Source: an uncultured Thermoplasmata archaeon
GTDB taxonomy: Archaea > Thermoplasmatota > Thermoplasmata > Lutacidiplasmatales > UBA184
Direction: 5' to 3'
Assembly: GCA_963804525.1 (NCBI GenBank)
Contig: CAWDQO010000005.1
Location: forward strand, 738,844-802,843
DNA: 64,000 nt
Shown: positions 44,030-52,331 of the stretch, in pieces
How the letters are laid out: the number at the start of each line of letters is the position of its first letter
Numbering within the stretch: the first letter of the stretch is position 1
Made by a program: the position numbers and the translations under genes
The notes under the pieces: model-generated
What the model was told of the DNA's origin: nothing
Databases searched by the model: none
What the model saw: the letters and a program-made list of their open reading frames with translations, nothing else

Positions 44030-44908
44030 CTAGAAGGCTCCCGCGTCCAAGGCCGAGTAGCACGATGGGTAGAGCGGCCGGAAACCCAACTTCTCGCGGG
44101 CCCGCCGGGTGTCCAGTAGACCCTCCCAAGGATCGAAGGGCAAGGAGAATCTCTCGGGGGACGGCTCCGGCTCTCGGGCAAGCCGCGTCAACTCGAGGAG
44201 CGTGATGGGCGCGTCGTCGGCGATATTGTAGACCATCCCCTCCCGTGTCCCCCGATCCAACGCCCGAAGCACGGCCTGGCCCACGTCGGCGTGGTGAACG
44301 GAGTGCATCCGTCGTGACGGATTCCACCCAGCTACGTGAGGCGTCATCTCCCAAACGTGACGGTCCCCCTCTCCGTACACAAACCCGAGCCGGAGGATGC
44401 AGAGTCCTAGGCCCCCGTCCCGATCCAACTCCTTCAACTTCGCTTCTGCGGCCACTTTGGAGGCGGGGTACGGGTGGGAGGGGGGAGTCGGACCCGGCGA
44501 ATCGCTCTCCTGCGCGGGGCGATTCAATCCGGCGGGATAGACGTTGCTGGTGCTGGCGAAGATGAACTGCTTGACTCCTGCCCGTCGGGCCGCTTCTGCC
44601 AACCGCTCCGCGCCGACCAGATTCACCTCACGGGCCTGCTCGGGGGTTGCGCCTCGGAAGAAGGCAGCCAGGTGGATCACGGTCTCCACGCCCTTCAGGG
44701 CCGGGCCCAGGGAATCCGCCCGGAGCAAGTCCCCCTCCACGATGTCCGCCCCCTGGTCTCGAAGCTTCTGGACATTGGGTCCCGGACGGACAAGGGCCCT
44801 GACCCGAAGACCCCGGGCCAGAAGCCGAGGAACGAGATGCGAACCGACTTTCCCGGTGGCGCCTGTAACGAGAATCGGTTCTGATCCCTCTAAGGCACGG
44901 CTAATCAT
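44030..44908 (-). CDS. NAD-dependent epimerase/dehydratase (extended SDR)
   Basis: ORF 44030..44908(-). ILVTGATGKVGSHLVPRLLARGLRVRALVR...YPASKVAAE. Confidence 0.85.
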   Translation of the reverse strand: MISRALEGSEPILVTGATGKVGSHLVPRLLARGLRVRALVRPGPNVQKLRDQGADIVEGDLLRADSLGPALKGVETVIHLAAFFRGATPEQAREVNLVGAERLAEAARRAGVKQFIFASTSNVYPAGLNRPAQESDSPGPTPPSHPYPASKVAAEAKLKELDRDGGLGLCILRLGFVYGEGDRHVWEMTPHVAGWNPSRRMHSVHHADVGQAVLRALDRGTREGMVYNIADDAPITLLELTRLAREPEPSPERFSLPFDPWEGLLDTRRAREKLGFRPLYPSCYSALDAGAF

Positions 44909-44920
44909 TAGCCGGCTAAT
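44898..44920. promoter_or_regulatory. Overlapping perfect palindromes, candidate MarR operator
   Basis: CGGCTAAT-C-ATTAGCCG (44898-44914) and ATTAGCC-GGCTAAT (44907-44920). They lie in the 62-nt divergent region between the epimerase and marR-like genes and cover the epimerase ATG (44908-44906). Confidence 0.5.
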
Positions 44921-44970
44921 GCACGGAAGGGATTTAACGGCTCGCGCCGCAGCAGGGTAGACGGATACTC

Positions 44971-45408
44971 GTGGCGACCCCCGATTTCTGGGACGATTTC
45001 GTCCGCGTGGCGAAGCTATCCCGGACCGCGGTCGACGAGATCATGAAGCAATACGGGGGCCGTGGCGGGCAGAACCACATCCTCTGGGCTCTGTACGAGA
45101 AAGATGGGCTTACGCCCATCGAGGTCGCCCGGAAGCTCGGGATCTCCGCGCCGACTGTTGTGAAGATGTCGTCGCACATGGTCGCCTCGGGGCTCATCAC
45201 AAGGCGCAGAGACTCCGTCGACCGACGCCGCGTTCACCTTTATCTGACCGACCGAGGTCGCGCGGTCAAGAGGCCGATCGAGGAAGCGACCCGACAGTTC
45301 CGGCGCGCGACCAGCGCCGGATTGACGGCCGAGGAACGCACGGTCATGTCGAGCGCCCTCGCCAAGATCGTGCGAAACTTGGAACGCTCAGCCCGAAGCG
45401 CCGAATAG
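44971..45408 (+). CDS. MarR-family transcriptional regulator
   Basis: ORF 44971..45408(+). ILWALYEKDGLTPIEVARKLGISAPTVVKMSSHMVASGLITRRRDSVDRRRVHLYLTDRG. Confidence 0.85.
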   Translation: MATPDFWDDFVRVAKLSRTAVDEIMKQYGGRGGQNHILWALYEKDGLTPIEVARKLGISAPTVVKMSSHMVASGLITRRRDSVDRRRVHLYLTDRGRAVKRPIEEATRQFRRATSAGLTAEERTVMSSALAKIVRNLERSARSAE

Positions 45409-45432
45409 GATCCGTCGGCCGCGCCGCCCCCC

Positions 45433-45460
45433 CTCGCGATTCCCCAACATCGGCCGCGCG
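45433..45460 (+). repeat. Intergenic repeat copy 3: CTCGCG-N9-CATCGGCCGCGCG
   Basis: 13-mer at 45448-45460 and CTCGCG at 45433-45438, 25-52 nt downstream of the marR-like stop. Confidence 0.7.
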
Positions 45461-45831
45461 GTACCTTCAAGACACTTTATTGGACGCGAGCCCCGCCCGA
45501 ATGACTGCCGCGTGTGCGACCGACGCGGCTCCCCCGGCGTCGGAGGGTCCGAGACCCCCGAGCCGCGGGCCGGACGCGCCGGGGTCGACTCGGGGGTGCG
45601 CCGGGGACGGTTCACCGGCCCGCGACGAACCGCATGCGGTCCTGGGGAGGCGGCTCACAAGGATGGCGACGAGCGCTCGATGCAATGGCGGTTCAGCGTT
45701 TCGGACCGAACCAGCCGCCCACTGAACGACGCGGGGGGGGGCTGACGAGCGCGCCGCACCCCGGGGGGGCATTGCGTCGTCCGGCCAGACGAGGGGGCGT
45801 TCGTTTCGGCCCCAGCGGGTGGAGGTGCTTG

Positions 45832-45838
45832 AATATAT
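45832..45838 (+). promoter_or_regulatory. TATA-like box for tRNA-Thr
   Basis: AATATAT, centred about 32 nt upstream of the tRNA 5' end at 45867. Confidence 0.5.
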
Positions 45839-45866
45839 GGCAAATCGGGCATTTTCTCTGACGTGT

Positions 45867-45939
45867 GCCGCCATAGCTCAGTCGGGAGAGCGGCTGATTT
45901 GTAATCAGCAGGTCGGGAGTTCAATCCTCCCTGGCGGCT
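45867..45939 (+). tRNA. tRNA-Thr(UGU), no intron
   Basis: Hand fold: GCCGCCA-TA-GCTC-AGTCGGGA-GAGC-G-GCTGA-TTTGTAA-TCAGC-AGGTC-GGGAG-TTCAATC-CTCCC-TGGCGGC-T. Anticodon TGT. 73 nt. Confidence 0.9.
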
Positions 45940-46097
45940 CCGTACTCCGGCCAGGACGACTGGTCCCTCTCGGGACCGGGACCGAGGTCGGGGCGATCTG
46001 CGACGGCGAGGACGGCCCCGGTCCTGCTCCAGCCGCGGTCATTCCGCGCAATAGTTATGAGTGCCGGCCCGTCGAGCCGATTCGTGACGACCGGGCC

Positions 46098-48899
46098 ATG
46101 AGTCGATTCCACGGGTTTACGACGGCCGCTGTCCTCCTTGTCCTGATTCTGCTCACCTCCGGGTCGTTCGCCGTGCTCGCCTCAGCGTCCCCGACCCTCG
46201 CGAACACCGAGTTCGCTCGCGAGCGGGGCGGGGCGGAGACCTCCGAGGGAAGTACCCTTGCCCACTCTACCGCGGCGAACTCAGGTTCCAACCTCCTCGC
46301 GCCTTCGATCCGTGCCTCGAGCACCCTCCCCGCCCTGGGCGCCTCGTACGGCAGGGTCGCGGAGACCCTCGACCTCCTGAACGATTCGCTCATCCACGGA
46401 AACTTCACGGATGTGGCAAATGGCATCGCGCCCTACGCGGTCGTGGCCGATTCGGCGAACGGGAACGTGTACGTCGCGGATTCGAGTTCGCTCGGTGTCT
46501 CGGTGGTTGACGGCTCAAATGGAACGCTCATCGGCTCGATTCCGACGGTAAACACCCCCACCGCTCTTGCGGTCGACCCCAACCACGGTGTCCTGTTCGT
46601 CGTTACGCGGCCCGTTGAGTTCCTCGGCACGATGGGGAACGTGACCATGGTGGCGACGTCGACCGACCGGGTGATCGCGACGGTTCCGGTGCATGGAATC
46701 CCCTCCGCGGCGACGTACGACCCTGCGAACGGCTACCTCTACGTCACGCTCGTCTCCAAAGACGTTGTCGCGGTTGTCAACACCGCGACGGACGTTTTGG
46801 TCGGTACTCTCCCCGTCGGAACCTCCCCGGATGCGGCCGCCTACAATGCCGGCAACGGGTTTGTGTACATCGCGAACAACGGGTCAGCCAACATTACGGC
46901 GATCGACGGGGCGAACGACTCGATCGCGAGCAGCATTCCGGTCGGGACGGATCCTGTCGCTCTCCAGCCGTTGGACGGGACCGATGACCTCTATGTTGCC
47001 GAGTTCGGGTCGGACGCTCTCGGAATCGTGAACTGGACGACGAATGAGCTCGTCGACTCCGTCTCGCTCGGGTTCGGTCCCCAAGGACTCGCGGAAGACA
47101 GTTCGCTCGGGCTCGTGTACACCGACAACTCCTCCCTGAACGTCTTCGACGCCATCAATTTCCGAACGCAATCGGTGATCACCACGGTCCCGGTCGGGCG
47201 GGGACCCGCGGGGCTCGTGGTGGACCCGGGGAACGGCGACCTCTACCTCGCGGAGTCCCTCTCGGACAATCTCACGGTTGCCAATGCTGCCTCCCGAGGG
47301 ATCGTCGGGTCGATTCAGCTCGGCCTTGAGCCAGAGGCCGCCGCCTTCGACACGGCGAGCGACGAGCTCGGGGTGGTCATGTCCGACCAGAACGCCCTCT
47401 GGCTGTTCAACGCCACGACCGACGTTCGACTCCAGACGATCCCGGTCGGCGTGGCTCCCGCGGACATCGTCTACGATTCGATCAACGAGTGCTTCTACGT
47501 CAGCAACTCTGGCTCGTCGACGGTCAGCGTGGTCAATGGAACTACGAACCACCTGGTCGCCACCGTCTCGGTGGAGACCCAACCCGGCGCGATGGCGTTC
47601 GCTCCGTCGTACGGCTACGTGTTTGTCGCCGACGGAAACGGGCAGGGTTCGCCCGATGTGACCGAGATCCGGGGCGCCGACAACACGGTCGTCGCCCACC
47701 TGCCCATGGGGGGCACGGTCGCGGGTGTCGCGTACGACGCCACCAACGGGGACCTGTACGTCGGGACGGGAAGCGGAATCACGGTCCTCGACCCAATCTC
47801 CAAGGCGACGGTGACGACCATCCCGACGGCCTACCTGCAGCCAACGTTGGGGATCGATGGGGCCACCGGCGAGGTCCTCGCCGGCGGGGTTTTCGATACC
47901 TCGTTCGGGATCTCCGCAAACCTTTCGATCATCGACCCGGCCACGAACCAGATCCTCGCGAACGTGACGGTCGGGGACGCGACCGATGGGATCGACTACG
48001 ATGTCGAGACCGGTCTCGCCTACGTGGCGAGCGCCTTCAACGACACCGTCAGCGTCGTCAACATTTCGGAATCTACGACGGTCGGGACCCTCTCGGTCGG
48101 CTCGTCGCCCGCCGGAATCTCCGACGACGGTTCGGCCGGTCAGCTGTTCGTCACCAATCCGGACTCTGGAACGCTCTCGATCGTTACCATCCCGGGCGCG
48201 GGTCGCTACCCGGTCAACTTTACCGAGCGCGGGCTCCCGACCGGCCAATCCTGGGCCGTCACGATCGCGGGACACGTCGTCTCCTCGACTTCCTCGAGCC
48301 TCGTGGCGGTGGAACGAGACGGTACGCTCGGTTACACCGTGACCCCCGTCGTCGGGTTCACCGCCTCTCCGAATGCATCTTCGGTCACCGTGGACGATTC
48401 GTTCGCCGCGGTCTCCATCTCGTTCGTGGCGCTCCCGCCCACCTTCGCGGTCGAATTCGTCGAGAGCGGGTTGCCGACCGGTGCGAACTGGTCGGTCCAC
48501 TGGCAAGGGCAGGTGAACGTCACCACCCATGCCTCCTCCATCACGGTCGAGTCAGTGAACGGGAGCTTCTCCTGGACGGCGTCCTCCGACGCCGGCTACT
48601 CCGCGAGCCCCGACCACGGGTCCACGACGGTCTCGGGGTTGCCCCTGACGGTCGACATCGCCTTCACGGCGAGCCAACCGGGATCGACTACCTCGAACAA
48701 CGCGGGGGTGTCCGCGTTCGCGGCGTACGAGGGCTTCGGTGTCGCCGGGATTGCCGCCGTCGTCGGGGCGTTGGCGGGGGCGCTCGTTCCACGGAACCGG
48801 GACCGGGTGTCGCCTCCCAGCTCATCCTCTCCCGAACCCCCCGGTGAACCTTCGACGGAGCCGTCGGCCGAACCCCCGGCTGAGCCCCCCGCGTCGTAG
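46098..48899 (+). CDS. Surface protein: YVTN-type beta-propeller repeats + two GLPxGxxW (thermopsin-type) modules + C-terminal TM anchor
   Basis: Frame of ORF 45819..48899(+), from ATG 46098 (upstream of that the ORF overlaps the tRNA). Signal peptide AAVLLVLILLTSGSFAVLASA. More than 12 repeats of the type G..P.G.A.D...G.LYV.N..S.TVSVI. NFTERGLPTGQSWAVTIAG and EFVESGLPTGANWSVHWQG. TM helix GFGVAGIAAVVGALAGALV. Confidence 0.8.
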   Translation: MSRFHGFTTAAVLLVLILLTSGSFAVLASASPTLANTEFARERGGAETSEGSTLAHSTAANSGSNLLAPSIRASSTLPALGASYGRVAETLDLLNDSLIHGNFTDVANGIAPYAVVADSANGNVYVADSSSLGVSVVDGSNGTLIGSIPTVNTPTALAVDPNHGVLFVVTRPVEFLGTMGNVTMVATSTDRVIATVPVHGIPSAATYDPANGYLYVTLVSKDVVAVVNTATDVLVGTLPVGTSPDAAAYNAGNGFVYIANNGSANITAIDGANDSIASSIPVGTDPVALQPLDGTDDLYVAEFGSDALGIVNWTTNELVDSVSLGFGPQGLAEDSSLGLVYTDNSSLNVFDAINFRTQSVITTVPVGRGPAGLVVDPGNGDLYLAESLSDNLTVANAASRGIVGSIQLGLEPEAAAFDTASDELGVVMSDQNALWLFNATTDVRLQTIPVGVAPADIVYDSINECFYVSNSGSSTVSVVNGTTNHLVATVSVETQPGAMAFAPSYGYVFVADGNGQGSPDVTEIRGADNTVVAHLPMGGTVAGVAYDATNGDLYVGTGSGITVLDPISKATVTTIPTAYLQPTLGIDGATGEVLAGGVFDTSFGISANLSIIDPATNQILANVTVGDATDGIDYDVETGLAYVASAFNDTVSVVNISESTTVGTLSVGSSPAGISDDGSAGQLFVTNPDSGTLSIVTIPGAGRYPVNFTERGLPTGQSWAVTIAGHVVSSTSSSLVAVERDGTLGYTVTPVVGFTASPNASSVTVDDSFAAVSISFVALPPTFAVEFVESGLPTGANWSVHWQGQVNVTTHASSITVESVNGSFSWTASSDAGYSASPDHGSTTVSGLPLTVDIAFTASQPGSTTSNNAGVSAFAAYEGFGVAGIAAVVGALAGALVPRNRDRVSPPSSSSPEPPGEPSTEPSAEPPAEPPAS

Positions 48900-48962
48900 G
48901 GTCGGAGTCCCGCGACTGGGTGGGCATCTCCGTCACCGGAACCGAGGGTCGTCGGTTTGCGG

Positions 48963-49659
48963 CTACCGACGACGAATGAGGGAACTCCAGACCCGGAAGA
49001 CCCACGAGGGTGTGGGACGCGGCCGGCTCGTGACCAATAGCGGTCCCAGGGCCGTCCCGGAAACCTCGGCGATGGTGTTGATTGCGTACACCGCCGCGCT
49101 CGTGCCGTACGGAGGATAGCTCCAATGCAGGACGACCGACCAGATCACTAGAGCGCCGCCGAAGACCACCGCAACCGCCGCGGTCGGAGGGTCCCAGCCG
49201 AACCTCTCCCACGATACGAGGAGGAGGCTGGCCACGAGGAGTTCGGCGAGGAACCACGTGCCGAAGCCGGCCCACCCCGCCGTTGGGAAGGTGGGTCCGG
49301 GGATGAGCAGGCCAGGGCGCCCGGTCGAGAACGAGTATGCGATCGCGTAGAGAGCCTCGAACGCCCCGAGGCCGGCAACTGCGAGGATCCCCGATTCGAG
49401 AATCGTCGCCTTGCGCCACCTCGCGACGACCCCCGCGACGAGAAGGCTGGCGACCGTGAACAGGTAGATTCCATGCCAGGCGACCGGAACACCGGACGCT
49501 ATCTCATCGGACCGAAACACCGGCCCCATTCGCGCAGCGATCAGTCGCGGGGCGAGGAGGGCAAGGCCAACGACGGCGAGAACGAGGCAGGTTGCGATCC
49601 AGCGATCCGACCGCCGGGTCGGTCCACTCTTCGCCCGCGAACCGGCGTCCGCTGTCCAT
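48963..49659 (-). CDS. Hypothetical multi-pass membrane protein; first TM helix and ATG lie in another frame
   Basis: ORF 48963..49529(-) is hydrophobic throughout. My in-frame upstream translation gives a further helix, RWIATCLVLAVVGLALLAPRLIAAR, with no start codon. The ATG at 49659 (MDSGRRFAGEEWTDPAVGS) is one frame off, with the break near 49600. Confidence 0.6.
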
Positions 49660-49852
49660 CGTGTCGTAGAGAATCCTAAGGGTCGGTCGGCTATGAACCT
49701 CCCAGCCGCAGAGGTCGGCGCCGGACCGGCACCTCTTCGGAGTCGGGCCCGCGAGATTGCAGCCGCTCGCCGAACGGGAGCCCTGGGGCGCAGTGGGGCT
49801 GCTCGAGATCGCCCGCGACGGACCCATTAACCCCTCCGGTCATCCGTCCGCG

Positions 49853-50703
49853 ATGGCCGGGGCGCTCCACGTCGGCTGCTCGTCCTGGACGAGCGAGGCA
49901 TGGAACGGGCGACTCTATCCGCCGGGGCTGCCGCCGGGCCAGCGGCTTCCGGTACTACGCGAGGTTCTTCGACTGCGTCGAGGTCGACGCGACGTACCTA
50001 CGCCATCCCCGCCCGGTCGATGGTGCGCGGCTGGGCGCACCGGACGCCGGAGTCGTTCCGGTTCGCCCTGAAGCTCCCGCGGGAACTGCTCGAGCGCGAC
50101 CACCCCCTCGACGAGGGGAAGGCGGACACGTTCGTCGCGGCGGCGCGAGAGCTTGGCCCAAAGCTCGCCGGGGTCGTGGCCCAATTCCCTCCCTCGTTCC
50201 GCCCGCCGAAGGAGGGGGAGGGGGGAGGGGCCGCTCAATTGGTCCACCTCCTCGAAGCGTTGGCCCCGCGCCTGCCGATGGCCGTCGAGCTCCGGGACAA
50301 GGGTTGGTTTTCCGGCGGCAGGGCGGAATGGCTCTACGACCGCTTGCGCGCGCACGGTACGGCGCTCGCCTGGTCGTATCTGACGTACCTCGACGTCCCG
50401 CCCGAGGTCACTTCGGACCGGATCTACCTTCGATTCATCGGAGACCATACGACGATTCCCGAGCACGAACTCGGGGAGACCCGGGTCGACCGGACGGCTG
50501 AGACCCGGCGCTGGGCGGCCGCGGTGCGCGAACGGCTCGACGAGGTCGAGAGCGCCCTCGTCTTCTTCAACAATCACTTCGCCGGGTACGCCCCGGCGTC
50601 CGCGAACTCGTTCCTCGCGATGCTCGGTCGGCCGACCATCCCGGGGACCTCGGGACCCGACACGCCCCCAGGTGGTAGCGGGACGGGAGTCGGGCTCGGC
50701 TAA
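49853..50703 (+). CDS. DUF72-family protein, frame-interrupted twice
   Basis: Three frames carry consecutive DUF72 sequence: ALHVGCSSWTSEAWNGRLYPPGLPPGQRL (ORF 49757), RYYARFFDCVEVDATY (my translation), and YAIPARSMVRGWAHRTPESFRFALKLP...VFFNNHFAGYAPASA (ORF 49900..50703). The breaks are at about 49948 (TTCCGG) and 49994-50001 (GTACCTAC). Confidence 0.8.
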
Positions 50704-51176
50704 ACCGCGATCGGGACGCCCTCGGTCGGGACGTCGACCGGGGTCCGTCCGACCAGGTAGAGGATTCGCGCAACCGCCGCCACGGAGAGGAGGAAGGCGA
50801 TGTCCATGCCGAACGAGTACGCGTTGTTCTGGGTCGCCGCGTAAGCGAATCCCTCCTGGATCGCGAACGCCAGGAAGACGACGAGGAGCGCGGCGACATT
50901 CCGTAGCCTCCGCAGCCCGGACCGGTGGCAGACGACGAGGTAGTACGCGGCGAACAGAAGCATCAGGAAGCCGTTCAGGACATGGACCGCGAGGACCGGG
51001 ATCGAGGTGAAGATCGCGAGGATCGCGCCCGTGCTCGGAAGCGTGACGTAGAGGTTGGCGAAGATGCCGAGCACGTTCTCCACGAGGAGGAGCACGAGGA
51101 GCCCCCACGCCATCCGACGGAGCCTCGGGAGGTCCGGTTCGAGGACGGGCCGTGCGCGGGAGTCGGGGGTCGCCAT
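50700..51176 (-). CDS. Hypothetical 4-TM membrane protein
   Basis: ORF 50700..51176(-). WGLLVLLLVENVLGIFANLYV, ILAIFTSIPVLAVHVLNGFLMLLFAAYYLVV, VAALLVVFLAFAIQ and IAFLLSVAAVARILYLV. A TATA-like CTTAGATAG on the minus strand lies at about 51198-51207. Confidence 0.7.
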   Translation of the reverse strand: MATPDSRARPVLEPDLPRLRRMAWGLLVLLLVENVLGIFANLYVTLPSTGAILAIFTSIPVLAVHVLNGFLMLLFAAYYLVVCHRSGLRRLRNVAALLVVFLAFAIQEGFAYAATQNNAYSFGMDIAFLLSVAAVARILYLVGRTPVDVPTEGVPIAV

Positions 51177-51396
51177 CGGGCGGGTCGGGTCGTGTCGCTA
51201 TCTAAGGAGCCGGTTCGTTCGCAGGCCATCCCGGGGGACCGGGCGGCGTCCCGGCGAATCGGTCGAAATCTCGTCGGTCGGAGGAGACCGCCCCCGCGCC
51301 AAGTTTATATCGAGGGAAGAGCAGCGCGGTCGAACTGCCGTTCGCGTGCACCGGGTGCGCGTTGAGGGGCGAAACCGGGAGCCATAAGAACCGCAT

Positions 51397-51564
51397 ATGC
51401 CGCGACCAAGGAAGCCACAGGAGTCTCGCCGAGTTCCCCTTGCCGTCTACGCCCCGCCGGCCGTGCTGCGTCGCCTCCGGGCGGTCGCGGCGCGCGACCG
51501 AAGGTCGCTGTCGACCCAGGCCCTGATCCTGATCGAGGACGGGCTGAAGTCGCGGAAAGCCTGA
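51397..51564 (+). CDS. Ribbon-helix-helix (CopG/Arc-like) small protein, 55 aa, below the ORF-track cutoff
   Basis: My translation: MPRPRKPQESRRVPLAVYAPPAVLRRLRAVAARDRRSLSTQALILIEDGLKSRKA*. It shows a beta-strand then two helices in the RHH pattern. Confidence 0.55.
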   Translation: MPRPRKPQESRRVPLAVYAPPAVLRRLRAVAARDRRSLSTQALILIEDGLKSRKA

Positions 51565-51775
51565 ACCAGTCCTCGGCCGGGCCTCCTCGCCCGGCCGCTC
51601 CCTCGCGGAGCCGCGTACCTCGAGTCGGTGGCCCCGCAGCTTCCGGACGCCATACCCCTACCGGCGGGGCCCCGAGAGGCCAACGAAGGAGGGGCCGAAC
51701 GGAAGCCGCCTCCGGCGTACCCGCGCCTCGTCCAGCCCGAAGGGGAGTCCGGGCCGGCCGCGGGGCCGCAGGATC

Positions 51776-52165
51776 CTAGTCGGAGGCCGGCATCTCCCAC
51801 AACCCGATGGTGTTCCCCTCGGAGTCGCGGATGTACGCGATTGAGCCCATCGCGCCGATCGACGTCTTCGGGCTGAGGGTCGACCCGCCGTTCTTCTGAA
51901 CCGTCGCGAGCGCCGCGTCGATGTCCTTGACCTCGATCGTGATGACCGGGTGAGCGACGTTGTCTCCCCGCTGAGCGATTCCGCCGCCGATGTACCCCGG
52001 CGCGGTCGGGAACCCGTCCTTGTCCGCCGGACCGGTTCCCACGATCGTGTAGTTCATCGCGGGCATCGGGTTGATCGTCCACCCGAACGTTCCCTCGTAG
52101 AACTTGCGCGCGCGTTCGACGTTGTCGGCGGGTACCTCGAAGTGGACGACGTTTCCGTGGGACAT
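51776..52165 (-). CDS. VOC-family (glyoxalase fold) protein
   Basis: Tail of ORF 51776..52684(-), from ATG 52165. MSHGNVVHFEVPADNVERARKFYEGTFGWT...IAYIRDSEGNTIGLWE. Confidence 0.8.
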   Translation of the reverse strand: MSHGNVVHFEVPADNVERARKFYEGTFGWTINPMPAMNYTIVGTGPADKDGFPTAPGYIGGGIAQRGDNVAHPVITIEVKDIDAALATVQKNGGSTLSPKTSIGAMGSIAYIRDSEGNTIGLWEMPASD

Positions 52166-52331
52166 GAGCGACTCCGATCCCCCTGGGGCACGAACCTCTA
52201 CTTGAGCCCCGCGGAGGCTCCGGCGAAACTGGAGGCGCCCGGACGGAGGGGGGACAGGGGGCCGGGGCGGGGAATGAAAGCCTCTCCTCGGGGCTATCAA
52301 AGGGCGACGCGTCCGAGCCGGCGGGGGACGG

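Noticed and set aside
45461-45866. RNase P RNA or SRP RNA in the ORF-free gap
   Set aside because: I could not find the conserved RNase P CR-I/CR-V motifs (GAGGAAAGUCC, ACAGAA context) or the SRP helix-8 GGAA/AGCA loops. Only generic GC-rich hairpins are present.
38500-45940. Integrated mobile element or genomic island at tRNA-Thr
   Set aside because: I found no integrase, transposase, phage or conjugation genes, and no direct repeat of the tRNA 3' end by eye. I kept this only as a compositional observation.
49504-49827. 107-aa minus-strand ORF upstream of the membrane protein gene
   Set aside because: Only its segment from the ATG at 49659 (MDSGRRFAGEEWTDPAVGS) looks meaningful. That segment is better explained as the displaced start of the 48963..49529 membrane protein. 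The remainder is not protein-like.
51397-51564. Toxin-antitoxin loci (RHH at 51397, RHH at 54882, PIN at 27830..28287)
   Set aside because: Neither RHH gene has an adjacent toxin-like ORF. The PIN gene is flanked by an acyl-CoA synthetase and a hydrolase, not by an antitoxin. No canonical two-gene TA arrangement can be supported.
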